Source: Eledone cirrhosa (lineage: Eukaryota). Taken from it: a stretch of DNA of 58,464 bases. Position numbers and translations under genes: made by a program. The stretch is from contig CAXHJY010001632.1 of NCBI GenBank assembly GCA_964016885.1, positions 1 through 58,464 on the forward strand, written 5' to 3'. Below are positions 30,906 to 45,208 of the stretch, piece by piece (within the stretch, counting starts at the first letter, position 1; every line of letters starts with the position of its first letter). The notes under the pieces are model-generated. The model did no database searches, was not told the DNA's origin, and saw nothing but the letters and a program-made list of their open reading frames with translations.

Positions 30906-33512
30906 ATCACAATCAATGGTACACACACATCACAATCAATGGTACACACACATCACAATCAATGGTACACGCACATCACAATCAATGGTACACACACATC
31001 ACAATCAATGGTACACACACATCACAATCAATGGTACACGCACATCACAATCAATGGTACACGCACATCACAATCAATGGTACACACACATCACAATCAA
31101 TGGTACACACACATCACAATCAATGGTACACACACATCACAATCAATGGTACACGCACATCACAATCAATGGTACACGCACATCACAATCGATGGTACAC
31201 GCACATCACAATCAATGGTACACACACATCACAATCGATGGTACACGCACATCACAATCAATGGCAGACGCACATCACAATCAATGGTACACACACATTA
31301 CAATCAATGGTACACACACATTACAATCAATGGTACACAGACATCACAATCGATGGTACACGCACATCACAATTGATGGCACACGCACATCACAATTGAT
31401 GGTACACGCACATCACAATCAATGGCAGACGCACATCACAATCGATGGTACACGCACATCACAATCAATGGCAGACGCACATCACAATCAATGGTACACA
31501 CACATCACAATCAATGGTACACACACATCACAATCAATGGCACACACACATCACAATCGATGGCACACGCAAATCACAATCGATGGCACACGCACATCAC
31601 AATTGACGGTACAACACATCACAATCGACGGTACACACACATCACAATCGACGGTACACACACATCACAATCGATGGCACACACACATCACAATCGATGG
31701 CACACGCACATCACAATCGATGGTACACGCACATCACAATCAATGGTACACACACATCACAATCAACGGTACACACACATCACAATCAACGGTACACACA
31801 TCACAATCAACGGTACACACACATCACAATCAACGGTACACACACATCACAATCAACGGTACACACACATCATAATCGACGGTACACACACATCACAATC
31901 GACGGTACACACACATCACAATCAATGGTACACACACATCACAATCAATGGTACACACACATCACAATCAACGGTACACACACATCACAATCAACGGTAC
32001 ACACATCACAATCAACGGTACACACACATCACAATCAACGGTACACATTCATCACAATCAATGGTACACACACATCACAATCAACGGTACACACACATCA
32101 CAATCAACGGTACACACACATCACAATCAATGGTACACACACATCACAATCAATGGTACACACACATCACAATCAATGGTACACACACATCACAATCAAT
32201 GGTACACACACATCACAATCAACGGTACACACATCACAATCAACGGTACACACACATCACAATCAACGGTACACACACATCACAATCAACGGTACACACA
32301 CATCACAATCAACGGTACACACACATCACAATCAACGGTACACACACATCACAATCAACGGTACACACACATCACAATCAATGGTACACACACATCACAA
32401 TCAATGGTACACACACATCACAATCAATGGTACACACACATCACAATCAACGGTACACGCACATCACAATCGATGGTACACACACATCACAATCAATGGT
32501 ACACACACATCACAATCAACGGTACACACACATCACAATCAACGCTACACACATCACAATCAACGGTACACACACATCACAATCAACGGTACACACACAT
32601 CACAATCAACGGTACACACACATCACAATCAACGGTACACACATCACAATCAACGGTACACACACATCACAATCAATGGTACACACACATCACAATCAAC
32701 GGTACACACACATCACAATCAATGGTACACACACATCACAATCAACGGTACACACACATCACAATCAATAGTACACACACATCACAATCAACGGTACACA
32801 CACATCACAATCAACGGTACACACACATCACAATCAATGGTACACACACATCACAATCAACGGTACACACACATCACAATCAACGGTACACACACATCAC
32901 AATCAACGGTACACACACATCACAATCAACGGTACACACACATCACAATCAATGGTACACACACATCACAATCAATGGTACACACACATCACAATCAACG
33001 GTACACACACATCACAATCAACGGTACACACACATCACAATCAACGGTACACTCACATCACAATCAATGGTACACACACATCACAATCAACGGTACACAC
33101 ACATCACAATCAACGGTACACACACATCACAATCAACGGTACACTCACATCACAATCAATGGTACACACACATCACAATCAACGGTACACACACATCACA
33201 ATCAACGGTACACACACATCACAATCAACGGTACACACACATCACAATCAACGGTACACTCACATCACAATCAATGGTACACACACATCACAATCAATGG
33301 TACACACACATCACAATCAACGGTACACTCACATCACAATCAATGGTACACACACATCACAATCAACGGTACACACACATCACAATCAACGGTACACACA
33401 CATCACAATCAACGGTACACACACATCACAATCAACGGTACACACACATCACAATCAACGGTACACACACATCACAATCAACGGTACACACACATCACAA
33501 TCAATAGTACAC
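30906..33512. repeat. 23-bp tandem satellite, about 2.6 kb
   Basis: Unit catcacaatcaa(t/c)ggtacacaca, occasional 21-bp variants. Confidence 0.97.
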
Positions 33513-34458
33513 ATGACATTGCAATTGATGGCACATATGATATTACAACTTATAACTACACCACAGCCTCAAACAGATAGAGAGAGGGAGAGGGAGAATG
33601 AAAGTACGAGAGAGAGAATGAGAGAGAGAGTAAATCCAATACCACAGTCGTGATTTAACTCAAGCCTTCCGAATGAAACTTGGCTGGTAAAAACTATGTA
33701 ACAGCCTGCCAGATGGACTATATCTGTAATTTAGGGACCCATCTTGGTCACACTTACTGTCATATTGATTCTATCTGAAGATGATGTTAACCATTTCCCA
33801 CTAAATTTTCACTAAAATATGTCTAAAACTATACATTTTCATTACATTTCAGCCAAATTTTCACTAAAACATTCCCAAAACATGTCACATCAACTCTTCA
33901 TTTCAGCAAATCCACATTATCATACTGCCTTTCTCTTCAATTCTTCTTTATTTTCCTCTCCCTTTTTCTTTTATTTTCTCTCTATTTTATTCCATTTTCT
34001 CTTATTACATTGTATTTTTTTTATCTCAGTTTTATTTTATTTGATTTAATATTATTTTATTTCATATTTTATTTTATGCTTCATAGGATTTCCTCCCTGC
34101 CATCATTGCCATCTCAATTGTCATCACCATTCAATAAATCTGTTGAATTAGGCTATTTGATTCTCCATTAGGTATCAGCTTCATATCATTTAACTTTATA
34201 GCATTTCCTTTCAATTTCTACTATCTGTACAAACACATACCTTGTGAAAAGTCATGCAGACTACTACTTCTCTATCCAACCAACACATCTGACCAAGACT
34301 TCTTATTTAGGTAAAAATACCAATATTGATATTTTTTCTCACTTTAGTTGGTATGAGGTTAAGATAGAAAAGTATACATGTAAGCTACAATGTTTTTTTT
34401 ATAGCTTTTGCCTGTGTAGGTTATGTCCGCTTCCTGGAATTTTTCTTGGGTGTTTTAA

Positions 34459-34647
34459 CTCTTAACATCCTATACCGCATGAAACCACATTCTAAAAAAA
34501 TTACATATAACATTAAGATTGCTTTGCATTAAAAATTAATATCTACTTTACTGCAAATTTTCATAATGACCAGTCCACTATAAACATTTGAATTAACAAA
34601 ACCTGTTTTTATATATTCTCTGCTAAATCATTACAGGATGTTAAGAG
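34459..34647. mobile_element. piggyBac-type MITE (189 bp)
   Basis: TTAA on both sides (34455-34458, 34648-34651); TIRs ctcttaacatcct / aggatgttaagag; diverged relatives at about 37950-38120 and 8870-9130. Confidence 0.8.
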
Positions 34648-35460
34648 TTAATGACAGTTGCTCCAAGTCCTCTCATGGCACCGTTTTTTCTTGTGACAAG
34701 AGGCAGGATTTTAACTCAGTAGACTCAGAGCTGGAATAGATTCTGAAAAGCATCTCATCCAACACTCTAACAGTTCTGCAATTCCATTGCCCTTGACTGG
34801 TACTTTATTTATTGACTTTCCATCATAATTTTATGTAAGAAATTTTGTTAAATAAGGTTTTAAACACCAGTTTTATTATGAAAAGAATTATTATGTTAAA
34901 TTCCTTTGAATTTTATATTATTTTCAAAGTCAATTGAAATACATAAGTAGTGTATTTCAAAAGAAATATAGTAAAAAAATGGTTAACAATTATGTGTTCT
35001 ATTGCATGTTCATTTTTTGATAACTGCTCTTAAGGTAGAAAAGTTAACAAGTGTAAATTAAAGAATATATAGTTTTCGAAGATGTTCTTTCCCAAGTCTG
35101 CAGCTTTCAGTAATAACTATGAAGACATCATCTCAAGAATCAAATAGTTTTATAGTTCTCTTGCTCTAAACTTCCAATAATCTTATAGTTTTCAAAATAA
35201 CCATGGAATTTCCATAGGCACTGCTAGTTATTTTTATTATAACAACTATGGTAAACAACACCTATACTTGTAAAAAAAAAAAAAAAGGTATGGGTTAGTA
35301 TTACAAAAGGTGATTTGACTGTGGAGTACTGCTTAAAAAAAATATTTGTCCAATTCAAGCCAGCATGGAGAAATGGATGTAAAATAACAAAAAAAAACAA
35401 AATGATGGTGATGATGTATAGAAATTATATCTTTCTGCTGTTGAATTACAGTGTAATTAA

Positions 35461-35901
35461 CCCTTTCATTACCATATTCCTAATGAAAGACACAGCCTAT
35501 AATTTGGAAAATAATCAAGAATTTAGAGAAATTTAATAATATAACTACATTTCCAATTATTTAGCTGGTCTATAGAACATAACAACAAAGGTTCTTAGAT
35601 AAAATTATGCTGGAAGTTTTTTTTAGATAAATATAAACAGTCTTGTCTTATATAACCAAGTGGTTTGATATCAAAAAGGGTTCAACAGTTTATCACCTCT
35701 ACCAACTTTAGCTTCACAGTCCTTTGAACTGAGAGTGCCTTTACTGGGTCACTTAACCTGTTAAAATGGGCAGCCAGAATTTTCTTATATCATGCTCATC
35801 AATTATGATGGAATGCTTTTAGATAAATATAAATATTGTGAAACAAACAATTTTGTATTGTAGAACCAGAGACAGTTTCAGTTGATTTGGTATGAAAGGG
35901 G
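35461..35901. mobile_element. Degenerate piggyBac-type MITE
   Basis: TTAA-ccctttcattacca ... tggtatgaaagggg-TTAA. Confidence 0.5.
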
Positions 35902-36071
35902 TTAACGTAATCTCTAGGTAGAGTCAATATGACAGTGTGAGTGACCAGGATGGGACCCTAAATTACAGCTGTAATCCATTTGAGTGGCTATTACATTGCT
36001 TCTGTTTATCCAATTTCAGTCAGAAGGCTTGGGTTGAATCAAGGCTGCAGTAGAGGATATTTCATTGATAC

Positions 36072-36232
36072 AACATGGTGAAATGGTTAAAAGGTTTGTA
36101 TCATAATCATTAGATCTTCGGTTCGATTCCATTGCGTGGTATCTTGGACAAGTATCATTTACCATAGCCTTAGGTCGACCCATGCCTTGTGAATGAAATT
36201 GGGTAGACAGAAACTGTTTGTAAGTTTGTCAG
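36072..36232 (+). mobile_element. Degenerate tRNA-derived SINE
   Basis: A-box-like tggtgaaatggtt, B box ggttcgattcc, cttggacaagt core; related copy at about 37636-37780. Confidence 0.6.
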
Positions 36233-36298
36233 ATGGACTGTACTTATAATTCAAAAGGCCAGCCTTGTAACACACTGTCATACTGAATCACCCTGTAA

Positions 36299-36897
36299 CC
36301 CTTTAGCATTTAAACTGGCTGTATCTGGCCAGAATTCTTTCATCTATTTCTGTTTAAATTGGCTATAACTGGTTGCTCATACTTATGTTAAGGTATTGTT
36401 CTCAAAATAAATAATATAGAAATGTCAAAGATTCAATATTATGTGAGGTAATTATTAGGTAAAGTGTTTACCGTGGAAATCATCATCATCATCATCATCA
36501 CCGTTTTACGTCCGTTCTTCCACGCTAGCATGGGTTAGACGGGTTGTCCTGTTGTGGGCAGTGTCTGGTCGGCTGACCATGCCTTGCTCATACAGGAACT
36601 GATCTGGCTTGATTTCTACAGCTGGATGCCCTTCCTAACACCAACCTCATTTACAGTGAGTGCTGGGTGCTTTTTCGTGGCGCCTACACGTCCACTTTAC
36701 AGTGTGGGCTGGGTGCTTTTTTGCCGTGGCACCTCCACGACCACCTTGCGGTGGGGGGGGGGGGGGCATATTGTTTATATGCTTCAGCATGTACCCATGG
36801 GAGGTCGGGTACCCTGTATTACTGCGTGACGCCAGAAGTCACGGTCGTGTGTCATTGACTTTGAGACAGTAGTAAATATAATGTAAATGCTAAAGGT
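36299..36897. mobile_element. piggyBac-type MITE interrupted by a retro-repeat
   Basis: TIRs ccctttagcattta / taaatgctaaaggt, with TTAA on the right and gtaa on the left; nested insert 36481-36870. Confidence 0.55.
36481..36870 (-). mobile_element. (GAT)n-tailed interspersed retro-repeat
   Basis: Shares long near-identical blocks with 6618-6790 and 53120-53535. Confidence 0.7.
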
Positions 36898-37170
36898 TTA
36901 AATTATGTTATGGATACACATGTGTGTAAAATGTTCAGTCACTTAAACATTAATTTCAGGAGTAGGCTGTTCTGTTGATCAAATAACTGGAACACACATA
37001 ATTGGAAATGAGAGGTCAATTCCAGAGGACAATTACTTAATATGACATGCAGTGAGATTGAACATAAGATCTGATGATTGCCAAACAAACTTCTTAACCA
37101 TTCACCATGTCTGAGTTCATATAAATGCCATATGAATGTTTATACTCATACATGCATCCTTGCATGCGCG

Positions 37171-37236
<66 letters not shown>

Positions 37237-38519
37237 TACAGAGAGAGAGACAGACAGACAGAGAAGACAGAAATAAGTGAATAGAAGCACTTATGAGGAA
37301 TCAAACTTTGCAGTTTACAAAACTGTTTATTTCAAAGTGTTTATATTTATTTAAAAGCCTTTCTTAACAATTTTATGAATGAACGTTTAAGTTATATTCA
37401 AAATATCAACTGAATAATGTGAAGGTTAGTTATATTACTAAATGCCTCCAAATGGTTGATTATTTCTAGAAAATTATTTGAAAATCATCACTAGTGTTTT
37501 TTATTAGAAATATTGTAAGAAAATGTTAAGTGGACTTGATATAACCATCAATGAATTGGAGTTAGTTTTACTGCCTTTGTCAAACAAGTACAAGTTCAAA
37601 ATTCAGTATACATGCATTTCTTGTCTGGGGAGGTAGGTATGGTTGAGTGCTTAAGAAGTTTGCCTTGCAATCATGAGCGTCTGGGTTTAATATTTCAAAG
37701 TAGAATCCTTGGCAAGTGTCTATTAACAACTCAAACTATACGAGGGAAATTGGATTGATTGAGGTTGTGGTAATCTCTTTGGATGGACTCTACTTGTATA
37801 ATTCAAAGGACCAGCATTATCACACACTTATCATGCTGAATCTCCCTGAGAATTATGCTAATGTTATTTATGTCTGTGGACTACTCAGTCATTTGCACAT
37901 AAAATTATCTTTATGTCCTGTATCACATGGAACCTCACTAGCAAGACATTCTTTAAAAGTACAAAACAACACCATTATTGCATCACATTAAAGATTATAG
38001 TCTTTACTCTAATACTGCACATTTTCACAATGATTTGACCACTAGTAAATATACTATAAATGTTTGAATTAACTAACCTGTTTTTAGATATTCTCTGCTA
38101 AATCACTATAGGATGTTAAGATATATTTTTCAGGTAGGTTGTTCCTTTGATTGAATATATGGAACACTCATTGCAACTGACAAAAGTCCATTTACTTTAC
38201 TCTATAGTTTTGAGTACTCTCATATTATTTTATGAACAAACTAACATGTAAATAATAAATAAATAAATATATGTATTGGAGTTCTTTGGTGACTTCATCT
38301 GAGGTTGTGTTGAACATAAAACAATTACACTCTAGAAGAGTTATTTTAACCATTCAAAAGACATGTTTCTTGGTGTCAAAATTTTCACTGTGCTGCTTGC
38401 AACCTGGTCACTCTCACTGCTCCACTGCCACATTGCAGTGGAATTTAGCAGTTTTTGTGCTTTTCGAATGGCTGAAATGACTCTTCCATGACATAATTGA
38501 TATACAAACATACATACAT

Positions 38520-38950
38520 ACATACATGATGATGGCTGCCCCAGGCGTCATCGAGTATGGCCATTGCACGATATACCATTATTAATAATTATTAATTCTA
38601 TCGTGCAATGCCTGTGCATGAAGATATTTTTTAAAGTGAGGAAAGACTGTGCACTGAGCCAATCCCACTCTCTGAGCGACAGTAGCTATAACTCGAAAAA
38701 AAGAAAAGATCAACATCATTGGTAACTACTGAGCCGCAGGTTTTATATTGGAGTTATCCCAGTTTCCCGAGTTGCTTTTTCCTAGAAGAATGCCCTGACA
38801 AAGGCTAGGGGTCCTTCACTCCCAGTGATTTAACCGCACGGTAGATGTGTATATACATATTTACACACTTTCGGATGGCCGTTGACTTTTATGAGTTCTT
38901 CCGCCCTTTGTCAGGTTTTGTTTTTTGTCCTGCAGAGTGTCCAAAATCAC
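38520..38950 (-). mobile_element. Diverged copy of the bipartite RTE-derived element
   Basis: Collinear similarity to 7400-7900 (ggctgcc...gagta.ggcca, gcaatgcctgtgc, caacatcattgg, gacaaaggcta, caggttttgttttt.gtcctgcag). Confidence 0.65.
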
Positions 38951-38990
38951 ACACACACATACACACATACATACATACATACATATATAC

Positions 38991-39149
38991 AATTGTTTCT
39001 ACTTTTCATTACTGGTACTTTATTTTATCGACCCCCGTAGGGATGAAAGGCAAAGTTGACCTCGGCGGGATTTGAACTCAGAATGGAATGGGCCGTAACT
39101 CTGTGTCAAAGCATGACGTCCGACTCTCTACCGATACTGCCAATTCACC
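38991..39149 (-). mobile_element. Full-length tRNA-derived SINE
   Basis: Minus strand: A box tggcagtatcggt, B box gagttcaaatcc, central domain as in 11127-11250. Confidence 0.75.
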
Positions 39150-39879
39150 AATGACAGGTTATACATACTTTTGATAATGCAAAATATGTGCCTTTGTCAA
39201 CAAAGACTATGAAACTGTTCCTTGAATATCCAGTTAATACCATATATTAATGTATATCTATATATGGCTATATACATATAGTATATATAGACATATGTAT
39301 TTATAAATACATTTAAAACATAAACAATATTTGAAATAGACAATATATAAACAATACATTTTCTTCAACCCACCAGAAACAGCTTTGTACATATAGCAAT
39401 ACTCTCTATTCTTTTCTGTCAGTCTGTCTTCTCTCTGTCTCCCTGTCTGTCTCTCTCTCTCTTGCTAACTATACTCCCACTTTATACCATTCTCTCTAGT
39501 TCTCCCCCCTCTCTCTCTTTCTGGGTTTCTTCTGGCTATGCTCTCACTTTCTACCAACATTCCCCCTCTCTCTCCTTTGCTCCCTTCTTCTCTCTGGCAA
39601 TCTCTCATTTTTCTTCACCCCTCACTACCATTTCATACTTGTTTGGCTTTCTCGCTCCTCCTCTCTTCCAGTATGTCTTATTTTCTTTTCCTTTGAAAAT
39701 AAAGACATGATGGGTGGGGAAATCCATTTCACCTCAACCCAGCATACCTTTTTGTTTTGTCTCCAGAACAATTTTTTTAACATTTCATCTCTTATACATC
39801 AATTAAGTCAGTCTTACATACATACACATGCATCCATATGTAGGTATAGATACATGTACATACACATGCATCCATATAA

Positions 39880-39957
39880 ATAATATATATATATATATTT
39901 ATATATATAAATACATATAAATAATATATATATATATATATTTATATATATAAATAC

Positions 39958-39993
<36 letters not shown>

Positions 39994-40041
39994 AAATACA
40001 CACACACATATATATATATATATTTATATATATATATAAAT

Positions 40042-40112
<71 letters not shown>

Positions 40113-40113
40113 C

Positions 40114-40147
<34 letters not shown>

Positions 40148-40190
40148 AAATACACACACACATATATATATATATACACACACGCACACA
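39880..40190. repeat. (TA)n/(CA)n compound microsatellite
   Basis: Direct reading. Confidence 0.9.
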
Positions 40191-41419
40191 TACGTGCTCC
40201 CCGTTTCTGTTGCATCTCCTCTTACTACTACTCTGTCGCCATTAATATCATCATCTTCAACACTATCATCACCATCTACATGATCACTATCATCAATGTT
40301 TTTTCTTCTTTTTTTCACCACACAACTCATCACCACCGCTGCCGCCACCACCAAACCTTAAGCTAGTACTTTTACTGTCATTGCTTTTTTGCTGCTGCCA
40401 CCACCACCACCACAACAAAAACTACTACTACTACTACTACTACTATTACTACCATCATCAGTACCATTACACTTGTCATCATCATCATTGGTAGCTGTAA
40501 TTAAGAACAACCAATGTTTAGTATAACACACATATACAATACCACACAACACCATACATACACATACAACACCATACACACTGATACACAGCAAACACCA
40601 TCACACATCACACACACACACACACACACATAACATCATATACATATTCAACATCATACACACACCTCTCTCTCTCTCTTCCGCCTCTCTCTTCTGTTAG
40701 TCTTTTAATAAGCAACACTACCATCTCATTTTCTTCACACCTCTCTCCTTCTCTCTTTCCATCTCTATTTTTCTTTCTTCCTACATCTGTCTGTATTCCC
40801 CCCCCCCCCGTCTTCTTCATTCTCTCTCTCTGGCTTTCTCAATCACTCTCTTCGTTCCGTCATTGATTTCGTTGCTAGTTGCTTGACGAAACTAGTAGTG
40901 GTAGCATCATCAGTAGTAGTAGTAGTAGTAGTAGCAGCAGTAACACATCACCACATGACTAAACAGTTTCAATAAACTCAAGACCTAACTTTGACCAGCA
41001 GCAACAATAAAAACAACTAAACATAAACACTGACTACCTCATTCATACATACATACATACATATACATACATACATACATACACACATACACACACATTC
41101 GCACGCACATACATACACACATGCATACATACATATGCATACATATACATGCATACATACACACATACATGCATACATACATGTATACATACATACGTAC
41201 ATGCATTTACACATACATGCATATATACATGCATATATGTACATGCATATACAAGTATATATTCATACATATACACACGTATGCACATAAATACATTTAT
41301 TGAGTGTTCTCAAATTTAATCTCCACTTTCAACTAATTTTAGCCAATTAGTCAGAATATAAAAAAAAAAAACTGCTTTCATTAAAAAATGTAAACAACAG
41401 CAGCAGCAGCAATAATAAT

Positions 41420-41585
41420 AATTTCTTACATAGGCACAAGGTCAGAATTTTGAGGGGAGAACAAAGTCGATTATTTCTACCGCAGCACTTGACTGGTACC
41501 TTATTTTATTGACCCCACTACTTGACCTGTATTTTATTTTATTGACCCTGCAAGTTGACTTTGGCAGGATTTGATGTCAGAATAT
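41420..41585 (-). mobile_element. Degenerate SINE fragment (11127-11250 family)
   Basis: ggcacaagg, aagtcgat, gactggtac.ttattttattgaccc, aagttgactttggcaggatttga. Confidence 0.6.
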
Positions 41586-41609
41586 TCAAAGCCTGGACAA
41601 ATAATAATG

Positions 41610-43761
41610 TTTTTTTTTATTAGCCACACAGGACAATAAGGACAGTGCACTGTGGGGTTTTTTGGTGTGAGAGAAAGGTTAATAAAGAAAACTTTTAAAA
41701 ATAAACATTTGAAAATAAAGCAACAAATTCTCTAAAAGTGGGGATATCTCCAAGCTTCACTCGTGAAGAAAGCCCACAAAAAGCCATGGTAAGTTTGACT
41801 GCTGGGCAAGAGCCCTCTTTCAGATGTTCTCAAATTTACAGGCACATATTCGGAGCAACCCCTTTCACTCAGACCATGTTCACCTCTCTCACCGACATTT
41901 AAACAAACTGGTTAGAGAGCAGCATTTCCCTCTCCACGCTGATTTTTCTCTTTGCGTGAAACATGAAAAAATTAATTAGGGCTTCACAGAAAAGGAAAGT
42001 GCTTATCTTCAAAACTTTCAGGTGTGTCCACCACACAACCTCTTTTGCCATGGCCACCAGGCAGATAAAAACTGCCTGTCTTTTCCCCTCTAAAAGAAGG
42101 TAACAGTGATCTTCACAATGGACTCAGTTGATAGTAGGATCTGTCCCACACATAACAGCAGGTGTTCGACACAAATCCACAGGTCAGCAATACTTTGACA
42201 CCCGATGAGTGCATGCAGAATGGTTTTGTTGCTCTGCACACATCTTGGACAGGCCCGGCTGACAGCAATTCCATGCCTGTAGAATTTATCTCAAACTGGC
42301 AAAGCTCCTTGGTAGACTGCCAGTCCAGGGATTTTTGGAAGTTATCCAAGGGCCCTGGATTGAAAGTCCTCTGGAAAAGAGTGGCCAGTTGCTTCAAGAA
42401 TGTCGTTATTTTTACCACACCACTAAACTATAAGAGGAGTTTCTATCAATTGCACTGCCCAATTGGCTAAGGGTTGTGAGCACTTGGAAACTGGAATGTT
42501 TCCAAGTGCTCCCTCTTGTTCTTCGCTTGACCCACAACTGCAGCTCTGTCAAGGAGATGAGGTGTCAAAAAGTGCGTCTAGCAAACGGTGACCACACCTA
42601 TTCATTGTCAAGGTAAAGCTGGAGATGACGTAGCCTGAGCACATGTTTATGCATGATCAGCCATGGCATGGCCAGTCCTCCACTTAGTGGGTGTTGACAG
42701 CAAATGGACCACCTGACTGTTGGCATGTGTCCCTTCCAAAAAAAGCGAAAGAGCAACCGATCCACTGTGGTCCGACATGGACCAGTACAAGGCATGATGG
42801 TCAGTCAGTAGTAGATGATGGACACAATGAATGCATTTGCTTCCTCTTCCTGACCCTTCAGAGATACTTTCCTCTTGGCCTATTTCTGGGTGAGAATAGC
42901 TACTCTGTTCATTACCTTATCCCAGTTTTTGTCCATTTGGAGGTCTGGACCAAACCAGATCCTGAGCAATTTAATCTGTCCAGCGCCTGATGACAGTGTT
43001 TGATGGTATGGACTTGACTCTCCAGGTGCTTAGCAGCAGTCCCACAGACTTTTCCTGGTTAATTTTTGCTGAAATCCATTCCTCAACCCAACTATCACTG
43101 TTCCCGAACATTTACACAAAGTGTTGCTGAAAAATTGCACACATCTGCTTGAGATTGAGTACTGTGCATCCGTCGTCATCCACCAAAGACCAAATTGTGG
43201 CTTTGTTGCCATGCCATGCCTCCGCTACTCAGGCCCATCAAGCGGCTTTCAAACCTTCATTTCTAAGAGCATGCACCTTAGCTCTAACAATGTAGCCTTC
43301 ATGATTCACATTGAAGAATTCATCGAGAGTCAACATCGGCTATGATGCCTTCTCTAATAGCCTTTTCTAACTAGTTCACCCTTTAGTCTAGATTTTTCTA
43401 TCATTACTCCTTTACTAAACCCTATCAATTAAACTCTAATTTCCCTTTTCAGGGTGGACCACCATCTATTGTTGACAATGGCCCCAGTCAAGGCTCGCTT
43501 AACTAATTCACTAATCCAGTCTCTGTAATCTCTGTGCACCAGAAACGACGTACTCAGCTTCTAGTAACCAGGTCCCTGTCTATAAAGCCTATCTATATCA
43601 ACTGTACAGATCACAAATTTATGGTCTGTGTAGTTAACTACTTTGAATTGTGGACAACCTATACTAGACATGTCTATTTCTCTGCAGAATACCATATCTA
43701 GATACGATCTGGATGACTCAGTGCAGTTTGACCATGCCCATATTGGCACATGTGGGAAAAT
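41610..43761 (-). mobile_element. Degenerate, internally deleted L1/Tx1-clade LINE ORF2
   Basis: APE motifs W.N...SRSYLDMVF and TDHKFV (43561-43760); post-RT LLFRFFWKG...SGGLAMP (42598-42795); poly(A) end at 41610-41618; many stops and frameshifts. Confidence 0.8.
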
Positions 43762-44290
43762 GATAATAATAGTTTCTGATTTAGGCACACAGCCAACAAT
43801 TTTGGGGGTAGGGGAAAGTGGATTAAGTCGACCCCAGTGCGTTACTGGTACTTCATTTATCGACCCCATAAGGATAAAAGGCGGGATTGAACTCATAATA
43901 ATTGTTTCTACTTTTGGCACAAGGCCAGCAACTACCCAGTGCATTACTGGATAAATAATAATGGTTTCTGATTTAGGCACAAAGCCAATAATTTTGTGGG
44001 AAGGAAAAGTTGATTAAATCGTCCTCAATGCGTGACTGGTACTTTATTTTATCGATCCCGTAAGGATGAAAGGCAACATTAATCTCGGCGGGATTTGAAC
44101 TAATAATAATAACTGATAATAATAATAATAATAGACTGAGACTCAAAGAATAATGATAATAATAATTGATAACAAATTACTACAATGGTTGTTTCTACTT
44201 TTGGCACAAGGCCAGCAATTATATCAGTATATTACTGGTACTTTATTTTATCGACCCCGTAAGGATGAAAGGCAAAGTTAACCTCGGCGT
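43762..44290 (-). mobile_element. Cluster of 3-4 tandem SINE 3' fragments
   Basis: Repeated actggtactttattttatcgacccc.taaggatgaaaggc blocks separated by (AAT)n tails. Confidence 0.75.
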
Positions 44291-44656
44291 AGTGTTATTT
44301 ATATGTAGTCATTCGATATGCTTGAAATAGCTGTCAAATCTCCTTTAAACCACATCTTATCTTCTTTAAAAAAGGAAATAACACGGAATGACACATTAAA
44401 TAATATAGTCGTTAGATATACACACACTGTCTACCCCCCCCCCCCCCCCCCAAAAAAAAACACGACAGTCGCGGCTGGAACACCTTTGATTATACACGGA
44501 ATGACCTGGGGCTAAACAACAACTCTTACAGTAGTAACTACAAGAACAAGAGCAAACATATTCATCCTCACAAAAATTCACGCACGTGTGTGTGTGTTTG
44601 TGTGTGTGTGTGGTGATATTACCATCACACACACATATGTATCCACGCACATGAGC

Positions 44657-44742
44657 ATAACTCGCACCGGCAGATAAGTCGCGTGCTGGTTTTTCACAGT
44701 ATTTTCTTAGAAAAGGTGCGACTTATGCACGAGTATATACGG
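44657..44742. mobile_element. Tc2/pogo-type MITE end
   Basis: tgcgacttatgcacgagtatatacgg resembles the reverse complement of CCGTATATACTCG..TATAAGTCG termini; inner ataagtcgc repeat; no intact partner end. Confidence 0.4.
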
Positions 44743-45165
44743 TTTGTATGTGTGTGTATGTATCCAGATGTTCACAAACTGCTAGTGTATACGTATATAT
44801 ACATGTGTGTGTGTGAGTGAGTATAGAATATAATTCTGTAATAGTCTTTATACATCTTTCACGAAACAACGACCATACTATCATCATCACTATGGTTATC
44901 AACATTATCAACATCATCTCATCATCAATACCACTATCATCATCACCCTCTTCGCCAACAATATAATTTTCGTCAGCGAGAAGAAACGAGGTAGAGAGAG
45001 AGAGGGAGAGCGAGAAGGTGGACGCAAAAATGATTGTGAAAGTGATAGAAGTGCGAGACTGTTTTGATAGTTCGGTTGTAAATGTGTGTGTCTGTGCTGT
45101 TAGTGGACTGAATATAGGAGGAATATCGATCGGTTGGAATAGCGGTAGTTAGAGAGAGGTAGATA

Positions 45166-45208
<43 letters not shown>

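Noticed and set aside
24774-33653. Cys-rich (minus) and His/Thr-rich (plus) repeat proteins
   Set aside because: Unit lengths 46, 43 and 23 are not multiples of three, all frames give the same cyclic peptides, and indels are frame-indifferent
6812-39149. tRNA genes suggested by A/B boxes at 6900-6959, 10230-10300, 36072-36130 and 39070-39149
   Set aside because: No complete cloverleaf, and each runs into a repeated SINE body
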